64,000 nucleotides of DNA from Eledone cirrhosa. Its lineage: Eukaryota. Position 1 is the first letter of the stretch. Every line of letters starts with the position of its first letter. Below the pieces are notes generated by a model, which did not search any database, was not told the origin of the DNA, and was given only the letters and a program-made list of their open reading frames with translations. The DNA is taken from positions 347,758,001 to 347,822,000 of the forward strand of contig OZ024740.1 in assembly GCA_964016885.1 (NCBI GenBank), read 5' to 3'. Positions 13,201-25,200 of the stretch are shown piece after piece. Both the position numbers and the translations under genes were made by a program.

Positions 13201-16200
13201 CCTGGTTGGAGTATAGAATATATCAACAAGATCAAAACACCAGAAGAATATGATTATGGCAGGGCTTTTCTATCACCAAATGGTCCATTAATGAAACTGG
13301 TATATCGTCTACAGTCTGATCCATATTTATCATATGATTTTCCTTTGCATTGTCTCCCAGTAAGTATAAACTTTTCTTTTTATAAGTTTTAATATTTTTT
13401 AGACAATTGCAAAATTCTTCTAAATATTTTCCATGTCTTAGAAATGAATTTTTAATTACACCCTAAACTGAAAAATCAGGTTAAATTATAGTTGTTTTTA
13501 CAATAATTTGTAGATGAATGTTATAACTCTCAGAGTAAGGTAGTTACAGAGAGACATAGTTCTATTTATAGGCGGCGTATTGGCAGAGTCGTTAGAATGT
13601 TGTATAGAATGATTTATGGTATTCATTCTCGCTCTCTGCTCTCTAAGTTCAAATCCCGTTGAAGTCAACTCTGCCTTTCATCCTTTCGAGGTCAATAAAA
13701 AAAGTACCAGTCTAGTACTGGGTTGATTCTTCCTCTCTCTGGAAGAAATCTGCTGTACTCAGGCCTGGAGAGGGGAGGGGAGGGGTATTGATATACAGCG
13801 TTTCAAGAAACGCTGTATATCAATATGGCACCCCTACGACTCTATCAGGAGTTATGGGACAATACACATATAGTTTTGTTTTGGAAAGATTACTCCTTGT
13901 GGGCGTTATAGAGGCAATAGAGAGGTTGTGCAGAATAGAATAGAAAAAGAAAGGGCTGTAATTTGTGAGTTTACATGGTGTGAAAAATAAGCATGTTACT
14001 GTAGTAGTAATAGAAAAAACAGATTTAGATTATAAGCCAGTAGTTCAGAGATTGAAGACATTCAGTAGCTACATGATTAGGAAGTGTCCACTAGTGGTTT
14101 GACGGTCATCTTGTTTTATAATAGTCAGACAATATACATGTATATACAAAACCAGCCATTTACTATAATCACAGATTATCAAACTGCTATCAAATTCTAT
14201 GGGTCCTAACTCGTTATTATAAATTCAATTAAAATATGCCTAATTATTAAAATCAAAGGTTGAGACATTGTTATATGCCATGCTTAATGTTCTAGTTATT
14301 GGTTATTATTATTCAAAGGGCGGTGAATTGGCAGTATCGGTAGAGGGTTGGACGCCATGCTTTTTAGCATAGTTACGTCCCTTTACTGTCTAAGTTCAAA
14401 TCCCGTCGAGGTTAACTTTGCCTTTCATCCTTATGGGATCGATAAAATAAAGTACCAGTAATGTACTGGGTAATTTCTGGCCTTGTGCCAAAAGTAGAAA
14501 CAATTATTATTCGATGGGTGGGGTCTTTTTTTTACCTGAGTGATAATTCATTTTCTTTTTTCAATTTGTGAAATTATTTTTTTATTATAATATATTGTGT
14601 TCTCTATTAGATAATTGTTTCTACTTTAGGCACAAGGCCAGCAATTACCCAGTGCATTACTGGTACTTTATTTTATCGACCCCGTAAGGATGAAAGGCAA
14701 AGTCAACCTCGGCGGGATTTGAACTCAGATCGTAAAGGGACGTAACTATGCTGGAAACCATGGCGTCCGACCCTCCACCGATACTGCCAATCCACCGCCT
14801 AGATAATGTTTCAAATACATTAATATATTTCTGTATATACTAAATATTTATACATTTCTATGTATATTATTATCATCATCATCATTGTTTAATGTCTGAT
14901 GATGATGATGATAATATACATAGAAATGTATAGATATTTAGTATATACAGAAATATTTTAATGGCATTTGAAACATTATCTTATATATATATGTGTGTGA
15001 TATACATATCACACAGGTATAGCTTGTAGCTAAGCATAAAGTACTCAATACTATTAAGTAAAGTGAAAAACATTGAGTCAAGGCTGAGTCTGTGCGAATT
15101 ACCACTGAGAGTTGCTCATTTCCCCGAGGATTGCGAGTTAGAAGCAGGCAAATTAACCTTTGAATATATATGTTTGTATATGAGTTTGTTGCATGGAGTA
15201 ATCTGCATGGCAAGAAACATTGAGTAGCAACAGAGTGAATCATCAGCTTTAAACAAATATATAGTTAGGTATATAAGTATAATATTTTACCTCTTTTCAT
15301 TATATAGTTGTAATATCTAAAATTTGTCATAGGCACCAACAAGACGACTAATTGAAGAAGGAGCTGTACCTGCATTTTACGCCAACAAACTACAGATGCA
15401 AGCATTTGGTCGTCCTTATCTAACACTCAATATCCTTTCTAAATGAAATATAGGTTGAAGCATTATTGTGGTTGAAAGTTATTGATGTTTGTTTGGATGA
15501 ACACAATGATGATGGTATTTGTTTTTCATCAACCTTGTAGAAACTGATGTTATAAAATCGGAGATTATCAATAATAGAATTTTATTTAGTATATTAGGAA
15601 GGATTTTAAATAATAACACTGTGTAACATATTTTTTGTTCCCCGGTTCTAAGTGTCATTCCCTGGTTTGTTATATCCCATTATTATAAAAAAAACACTAT
15701 TATTTAATCAGAAGTTTGGGTTTGTGGTCAGGAGTTTGATATTTCGAAATTTTCATATTTTTCAAGAAAAAACACATTTTTTTTAAATTTATCAGTTCAT
15801 ATAATTAAATCAACAGAGTATATATTTATTTTATTACACTAGCTTATCAAAAGCAAACAAGTAAAAACAAATAACACTTATAAAGCAACTTATACACGTC
15901 AGAAATGACTGGATTTGCGGTTGTAGTCCAGGTCGCATTCCCGCACTAGCCCCCAGATATAGTCCCCCATCATTTTTTCATTGTAGTGGCCCTGGTACCT
16001 CCGCTCTATCTCTTTCACATCTTGGTGGAATCGTTCGCCTTGTTCTTCTGAGTAGGCGCCCATATTGTCCTTGGATTTTTCCAGGTGAGCGTCCAGCATA
16101 TGGAGTTTAAGCGACATCCTGCATCCCATGGTGCCAAAAGCCTTTATCAGATCCTGCACCAGTTGCTGGTAGTTTTCAGCTCTGTAGTTGCCCAGGAATC

Positions 16201-19200
16201 CCTTAACAACTGCCTTGAAACAGTTCCATGCTGTTCTCTCAATCCTATTGAGCTTATTGGAGAACTCAGTAGACTCAAACACCTTCTTTATCTGATTTTA
16301 TGATACAAAGCTATTTATTTTAACATATTTGAATTTAAACCTCCATCGTGGTTTTATGGAAGAAATTCTTATATTCCAAATACCAGCTTAATCAAGAAAA
16401 AATTAGTTATTTTACTGAATCATCGTTGTCATTTTATTTCCACTTTCCCTCACCATTTAATAATTGAACACATGGAAAAAATGAAAAGGGAATTCAAAAT
16501 AAATTGCACATTTATCTAGAGGGAAATCATTGTCATTATTAACGGTGGATTGGCAGTATCGGTAGAGGGTCGAATGCCATGCTTTGACGCATAGAGTTCA
16601 AATCCCACCAAGGTTAACTTTGCCTTTCATCCTTACGGGGTCGATAAAATAAAGTACCAGTAATGTACTGGGTAATTGCTGGCCTTGTGCCAAAAGTAGA
16701 AACAATTATTAACCAATACATGGCTTAGTGGTTAGAGAATTGGCCTTGCAATCGAAAGGTTGTGAGTTCAATTCTCAGACTGGGTGATGTGTTGTTTCCT
16801 TGAGCAAGACACTTTATTTCACATTGCTCCAGTTTACTCAGCTGTAGAAATGAGATGATAGGACTGGGGTCCCTATCATTCCACTGCAAAGTGGTCGTGG
16901 AGGTGCCACGGCAAAAAAAAAAGCTACCAGCCCACACTGTAAATGAGGTTGGTGTTAGGAAGGGCATCCAGCTGTAGAAATCAAGCCAGAATGAGTTCCC
17001 GTCCCACCCTTGAAAACGGAAAAGCGGACGTAAAATGATGATGATGATATCTGATTGTAGGAATCAGTTCAAAGACGTATTCAGTAAAGACACCAATTAA
17101 GGCAGGATTAATACAAGAAACCAATGATAACCTGACCAATTGTGTAATATTGTGACAAAGTATATATTTGTGTTTGTGTGTGTGTATGTATATATATACA
17201 CTCTCATACAGCATCATTTTACGTCTGCTTTTCCCTGCTTGCAAGGGTGGGACGGGAACTGATTCTGGCTTGATTTCTACAGCTGGATGCCATTCCTAAC
17301 ACCAACCTCATTTACAGTGAGTGTTGGGTGCTTTTTTTTCCGTGGCGCCTACACGTCCACTTTACAGTGTGGGCTGGGTGCTTTTTTGCCGTGGCACCGC
17401 CACGACCACTTTGCAGTGGAATGATATGGACCCCAGTCCCTATCATCTCATTTCTACAGCTGAGTAAACTGGAGCAATGTGAAATAAAGTGTCTTGCTCA
17501 AGGAAACAACACATCATCCGGTCTGAGAATTGAACTCACAACCTTTCGATTGCAAGGCCAATGCTCTAACCACTAATGTGTGTGTAATCTGATAATTTAC
17601 ATTTTCCTTAACTTTTTTTCTTACCTCCATTTGAATTATTTCTTTTCCATTTTGCCTATATGCTTGTGAGCCCCAAAGCAAAGCTGAACTGCCCAATTTG
17701 GGGTCACTTTTCTGCTTTTTTATATCCAACTTTAGTTGAAGATTATTTAGATTACCTGTTGCCCTTGGAGAAACAGCAAATTCCACCAATACCACATATG
17801 CCATCTTTGGTGCGAAGCCCGGTCATTCAGTCACAGAACACTGGGTGAGAAATTTATCACACTTTTACTTTGTATTATTTTCCCACATACTCTCCTTCCT
17901 CTTCTTATTTGAACCTGAGACCACATGCCTTTAGTGAATATCATTCTGTTGTAAGCATCTATTCTAGGCCTCCATTTTGAGGATATCTTCTTCTACCTTC
18001 CCACTAGTCTTGGGATCTCTGGAAAGGGTTATGGAAATTGTACTTCCCTCCCTGACTTAACAATAATAAACATTGACTCAATGTTGTAAAATTTTGCTGA
18101 TATTTTTATTTTCAGTTCACCAATACAATCTGGTCATTCATCTGTTTCTCCGAAATATATTACTGGTCTTCGATTATTTAAATCCAGTGTGGTCACTGCT
18201 CAAAAGCAACCCTTCAAATCTCCATCAGTCCTGGATCAGTCTGGTACAGAGATGTGGCATTCTGAGGCCCTTATTCAGGTAACAGTTAACTTATATTTTT
18301 GCATTTGTTAAATCAGTGTTTTTCTAGAGCTGGATGCCCTCACTATGAAAAATTCATATGAACTGATTCTAAATTTAAACAGGATGTCAAATTGCATTAG
18401 TGTAATTGCACTTGCAACCAAAATATATATATTTTTTCCTTTTGTAACTCCTACAAACTAAAGCTAGTGAAACTGATTGCTCCAGTTGTGTCTTTATTGT
18501 TACAACCCTTTTGATTAAACTGCCTGAAAATGTCCTTGGTTCTACAATACAAAACTATTTTAATGTAATATGTAATGTGTTTCATTAGACATGTGTCTCT
18601 AATGTAGGTTGTATGTGTTTACTGACATGTTTAGATTGTTGTCTTCATAATGTATGAAATCTACTATGACATCTCAAAAATAGTCATTTAATATCAGGTT
18701 TTTAATTGTTTCATGTTCACTCAGGTGTTTTCTGATTTTTGGCTGAATCAGAACTCTGCAAATGTTAACCAGCTTGGAGTGTTATATCAAAATGAGGTAA
18801 GTTTTCCATATTGTATTTGTGCACTTGATATCTGGGGTTTGGGGAGTAGTAAATTTCACATAGTTAATCATATATTGGCTGACCACAGCCTGTATAGGAT
18901 TAAATATGAAAAGTTTACATATACTTAGATATTTAGTCAATCATACAGGTATGAATATTATGCAAAGTGCAAGTTATGTTGTGTCTTAATTCTTTATGTT
19001 AGTCAGTCAGTTGAAACTGCTAAATCTACAGAACGGACAGTAAGTCAGCAACCTAATATCTGAATCATGCAGGTTTAGTCATCCTTCTCATATGAAATCT
19101 TTTGAATGCTTTAATAATAAAGGTCCCATTCTTAACATATCACAGTTTTTCTAGTGACGAGAGGGAGGATTTGAACAATGCACAAAAGCAAAACACATAC

Positions 19201-22200
19201 TGCAAGGTATCAGATCCAAATGCTTTACTATTTTTGACAGCCCTTGACTAGTACTTTATTTATCAATACCAAATGGATAAATGGTCAAGTTGACCTTATT
19301 AGAGTTTGAACTCAGCACACAGAAAAATACTAGTTATTTAATCTGATGCTCTAACTGTTCTCCCAATTTGCTGGCATTTTATATAATCAAAACTCATAGC
19401 TTAGGCGATCTTACCATTTTCCTCACTCATGTTCTTTTTCTATTATCTCATATTTTATCAAATGACAAATACCTAAAGTATTTTCTTTTTATACTACAGC
19501 AATAATTAACAACCAGTTTTATTTTTACTATCCAGATGTGCATATTTCCATTTTTTTTTTTTTCTTTAGGAATTATATGTACCAACAATCAACCATATTC
19601 GAATAGCCCGTGTGCTAGTGAAACATCTCCACTACTTTGTGAACAGTGCCTTACCCCCAATTGCATCTCCGCCATACTATCAACAGCTGCCCACTTCCAT
19701 TGACCAATTCAAAAAGTATCTTGTTTACATCATTATTTGATTTTTGTTTTCATTCTAATTTCACTTCAATTGTTTTCACAGGTTTACATCAATGTTTATA
19801 TAAGTGTAAATGTGACTGTTAGATGTGGAATATATTAAGCTCTCAGACCTTCCTATTCCATGAGTTTCATCCAGTTTTGTATATCTTTGCTGGTTAACTG
19901 TAGCTTATGGTTCTTTCTTTTTGTCTCTGAGAATTTATATATGCTAACTTGTGTCATATATGTATGGGAACTGTAGTAATATTTTAAAACTGGTGAACTC
20001 CAACTCTCTCCAGGTTTGAAAGGTGATTTTTTTCCAGAGAAGGAGAAAGACTGATAGAGAAGTGAAAAAGAGATATAGAGGAAGAAACAATCCCAGTACC
20101 GGATTGATACATTTTTATTGCCTTCAAAAGAATGAAAGGCAAATTTGACCTCAAGCAGGATCTGAACTCAGAGAGCGCAGATAGCCAGAATTAATATCAC
20201 AAAGCATTCTATTCAATGTTCCAACATTCCAGCCAAGTCGCTAGTGTCGTAGGTCTCTCTTTAAAAGAGTTTTAGTAAAAAAAACTTCCCAAACAGCTTG
20301 ATAAACCAAAAATATACTTCATGGAAAAATAATTGTTTCTATTTTAGGCACAAGGCCAGCAATTACCCAGTGCATTACTGGTACTTTATTTTATCGACCC
20401 CGTAAAGATGGAAGACAAAGTCAACCTCGGAGGGATTTGAACTCAGATCGTAAAGGGACGTAACTATGCTGGAAAGCATGGCGTCCGACCCTCCACCGAT
20501 ACTGCCAATCCACCGCACTTCATGGAAAAATAATAAAGATAAAACATTCTTAAATGTGCTGGCAATTAAAAATTTACTTCTTCAAATAAAGAGCAGATTG
20601 TTGTATATGTAGTGCAATGATACATGGTTGCAAAACATGGAGTAAGCTTAAGGTGCCTAGATCAATGGCATTAAACAATGATGGTTGTGATGGATCTAAA
20701 TTCATAATGATGTCATCTATAGTTCAGCACTTTGCCTGTAGATATTTCCCCCTTCCCCCACACACTTTTTTCTATTTTCTTTCCTCTGCATACACACTTG
20801 CAGTACACTTGAAGCTGCAACCAGTTGGAAAAATATGTATTTATGTATCTCCATGAATGTATATATTAGGGTTCTGTAACATATGGCCCATTATGTGACT
20901 CAGACCCTTTGACAATTTTATATGTAAGATTTGTATGCATGTAGGCTATGGGCAAAGCAAAAAATGTGTCTATTACAAAAAGAAATTGCTAATCTTTGGT
21001 GTAAATATATATATAAGAACACAATATGTTACCCTATATAGAAAAACAAGCTCAATTAAATGCTCAGAGGGCTCTAGAAATAATTGATAGTTTCTGTTTC
21101 CTGGGTTACCAAATTAGCAATGGAGGTGGATGTTCAGAAAGTACAGTAGCTAGAGGAGATTGCAGTGGCATGGACATATGAAGTACGTGGAGGATGGCAG
21201 CTGTATAAAAATATGCAGGGTGCAGAAAGTCAATGAAAACTTTGGAAAAAGGCTTGGGATAAAAGCTGACTTTGCCCAATCAAACTTCTCAAAGGTATTG
21301 AAATCTCTGGTGTTATGCTATATTACAGAAGACCCACCTTCCCATGTGCACAGGATGAAACAAACATGTAGAGGACACTATTCAACACCATACAGCTAAA
21401 TATCCCTCTCAAATTGTCCATGTCAAACTAGCATGAGAATTCGACAATTGCACCATCTAATCAATCTATATTCATTACCTACTTAGCCCAGTAGACATCC
21501 CTCCTCCTTCTCCCCCTGTTGACATCAAGTCCCCCCAACGCACTTGGGATGCCATCCAGTGCAGGCTGGCCTCAAACAGGCTCATGCGCCAGCTCGACCA
21601 GCACCGCCTTGCTTGTTTTTGTGCAGCCTCCAAACTCCACAGTGGTGCCTGGCTCCGTGCCCTGCCCTCCTTCTTCACTGGCACGCAGCTAGACAACCAT
21701 AGCCTGCGCATCTGAGGTTCAGCCTCCGGATCTGCCAGCCACACCAATGTCGCTGCAGTTCCACCGTGGACTCTTTTGGCATCCACCCGCTTTCCTGTCG
21801 CCACAGTGCCGGCCGCATTCCGCGCCATGCTGCCCTTAACGACGTCATTAAGCATGGCTTGGACGCTGCAGGCTTCCCTTCCCAGCTCGAGCTAGTGGCG
21901 CTGGATCGAAGGGACGGCAAAAGGCCAGATGGCATGACCATCTTCCCGTTCCACGGTGGCAAATCCTTCGTCTGGGATGCCACTTGCACCGACACTTTCT
22001 GCAGCCGCAACCTGGTGCAGTCTGCGACTGACCCAGGTTCTGCTGCACGTCGGGCTCCTCAAATACCGGTCGCTCTCCGACAGGTTTGCAGTCGTACCCC
22101 TGGCAGTGGAGACTTCTGGTCTCCTTGGCCCTAGGGCTACCTCCTTACTCACCACATAGGCACTGAGCTGGCCAACCGCAGGTGTGAGCCCCGAGAGTTG

Positions 22201-25200
22201 GAGTGGCTTTTCCAGCGCATCTCCCTTGCCATCCTCCGAGGAAACACCTTCTCCATTCTGTCCGCCGGGGCTGTGGGTGGGAGGCCCCATCGCGTATCAT
22301 TTTTGTAAATATGACAACAGTTTATGATTTTATTTTATTGTTGATATAATATCGTCTTTTTTAATGTATCATGGATTACGTTACTGATTTCTCTCTTTGT
22401 GTATGTTGTGTTTATAAACAGGGTTTGCATTTTTGCCTATTTCTCAGACATGAAATAAAGGTCAGCTTATCGAACATATACAGTAAGTCCACCCTATATG
22501 GTGACCTGGATCCACAACAACAAAAGCACTCAATCCACCCTATAAGGTGATCATGCTGATGACATAAGAAAAAAAAAGGACCCACTCCACCCTATAAGGT
22601 TTTCATGCTGGTGACATGTTGCAAAGACATGTCTATCCCATTAGATGTTTTGGTGCCATAATGAAATGCACCCAGTCCACTTTTTAATGTGGTTGGTGTT
22701 AGGAAGGGCATCCATCCGTAGAAATAAAGCCAAAATACAGATCCGTATGAGCATGATGTGATCAGCTGATCTGATTTGTCTCATAACAGGACAACTCTTG
22801 TAATCCATGCATGCATAGAAAAATAGACATTAAATTATAATGATGATGTACAAGATATATATTTTATTTTTCTATGTATTTCATTTTTGTAATGAAATTC
22901 TCTCACTAATTTACTAGGACTACAGTTCTTGGAATCATTCAAAAGCGACTTTACACATTCTTACGTCACGCTTTCCACTGGTGGCCATTGGATTCCTCAT
23001 TTCGTTTGGTAAGATCATTTAAGCCGTGTTTTTCTATTACATCTTTTTTTTATAAATTCTGTTTATTTATAGTATTGATTTTGCTGCATGTCATCTATGA
23101 TCAAGTAGAATTATGCTAACTTTCACTATCATTTTTATGTATAGGTGGCTTTATTATTTTAACACTTCCATTACCATATTTCAAACGAAAGACACTGCCT
23201 ATCATTTTGAATTAATTTTGAAAATAATCAAGAATATGGAGGGGTTTAGTAATATGCAAGCGTGGAATATGGACGTTAAATGATGATGATGATGATGATC
23301 TAACTTTCACATTATTAAGTTGATGTTTGGAGAATAACAAATATTCTTCCATAAAATTATGATAGAAGTGTGATTTCAGACGAGATGATATGAAAAGGGT
23401 TATGATGGTGTATCTCAGTTTTGAGAATAGGTACACAGTATACTAGTGCATTGAAAGAGGTGCCTAAAAAAGTTGGCATCAAGAAGGATATCTGGATGTA
23501 AAAGCAGATGCTAGGAATGATGATGGGAGTGTTATTTTGAGGAAGATTTGACTGCTAGCACAACAAACTCCCTTTCATTGTTGTGGTTGCCCCAATATAT
23601 ATTCACTGTTGCAATTGGAATTGAAGTGGCAGAATGGGTGAATTGAGTGAATGTGGCTATAGGACTGTAACTTGGTCCATTTTGGTAGAGCAATTTGCAT
23701 TCCATTTGGAAAGTGTTTCCATGTTTAAACTGTTGCACTGTTGAAACCAGCTCCTTTGCTTCTCTAAATTTATGATTGACTTGTATGTCATCAATTAAAA
23801 CCATACTACAGGCAAGTTCTTCCTTTGTCATCACATCTTACTAGTCTTTATTATGCAGATGAGGGACCATCTATGTAGTTGCTCAACCTGCTAGAAATAA
23901 CAGTCAAATCAAATCCTATTTTTTTAAAACAAAAGAAAGACATTAGATATCGGAGTCCATAATACACTGACTGTCAGGACTGTCTTTGGGGTAAACAATA
24001 AATGTCTTAAAAATATATTAAATTTCATGTAACAAATGGCTACTTCACTAATCATTCTGTTTCTCCCATGAAAATCTTATCTCCTTCACCTACTCACTCT
24101 GATTCTTTTTCTCTCATTACTCTCTCTTCTATTCACTCTCTTGATCACATTGCTTTCAATGAATGGTTATAGTGTAGGATAGTGAGAACTATTTTTTCTG
24201 ATGAGTAGCAATACATTTTCACTAGTAATTGTGCTATGATACAATGCACCCAATACACTTTGTAAAGTGGGTGGTGATCAAACATTCATGCTGTGGTTGG
24301 TGATAGGAGGGGCATCAAACTATAAAAACTCTCAAAACATGAGCAAAACATGGTCACCTAACTTGGTTAGATACATAGCATGATGACTCGTCCTACCTGT
24401 ACCAACATGGAAAATGGACGTAAAATGTTGATAAATTGCACCCACTCATGAAATAGATTCCTTAATTGCAATACACTAGTTCTTTTTATATTTTAAACAA
24501 ATGGTGACTTCTGTGATCTATGTCCTAGATTATGAGATCTCATGTAATGTAACTTGCATAAAAGGCAGAACATGCCACCTAAGACAACAGCTCCAAATTA
24601 AAGGATACCGGCTGAAAGAAAGAAAACAGTACTAATGTAAGCCAATAAGTAATTTACTACAAGATGCCATCAGTTGCTAGAAATAGCAGTCAAGTTTCTT
24701 TCAAGTCACACTGCCATCTTTAAAATAATGATACATTGTTGGTAAAAAGAAAAAGATTTTAGGATAGTCATGGATAGAACATTACGTTTGTTCTCGAGAA
24801 CCAGCCTGCTCCTAAACTAAAGTACTAATTGGCCTATGTAGTGTGGAAAGATGACGAGTATTGGTTGCAAAAGTTCTGCCATGATGGGTATAATCAGTCA
24901 ACATTTACAATCTTATGTCATCATATCTCTGAGCACCTAGTCATCAGATCTATGTCAATGCATAGCACTTCTTTACTTGGTTCCTATCCACTTGTATCAC
25001 CCATTCACATAAAATTGAGATAACATGCTAGAAATAACAATCAAATCTCCTTCACTTCACTTAAAAAAGGACAGAAAATAAGACAGGATTATCACTGTTG
25101 ATGCCTGAGAGTTTTGAATCATTTCTATCCTTAGATTAAATAAGTTTAATGCATATGTATTATTCTGGTTATATTTAACTGTTTTTTGTTTCTTTCTATT

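Larger units (their letters stand above)
15430..17624 (+). other. U12-type (minor spliceosome) AT-AC intron, SMPD4 intron 4
   Basis: 5' splice site ATATCCTTT (15430-15438), branch site TTCCTTAAC (17604-17612), terminal AC (17623-17624); splicing restores the frame LTL-T-PFE. Confidence 0.92.

Noticed and set aside
16720-16800. tRNA-like sequence (also about 60230-60287)
   Set aside because: SINE heads with A/B boxes continuing into SINE bodies; no complete cloverleaf.
18073-18282. ORF-track peptide over SMPD4 exon 6
   Set aside because: Wrong frame; splice phase and homology support the alternative frame ending WHSEALIQ.
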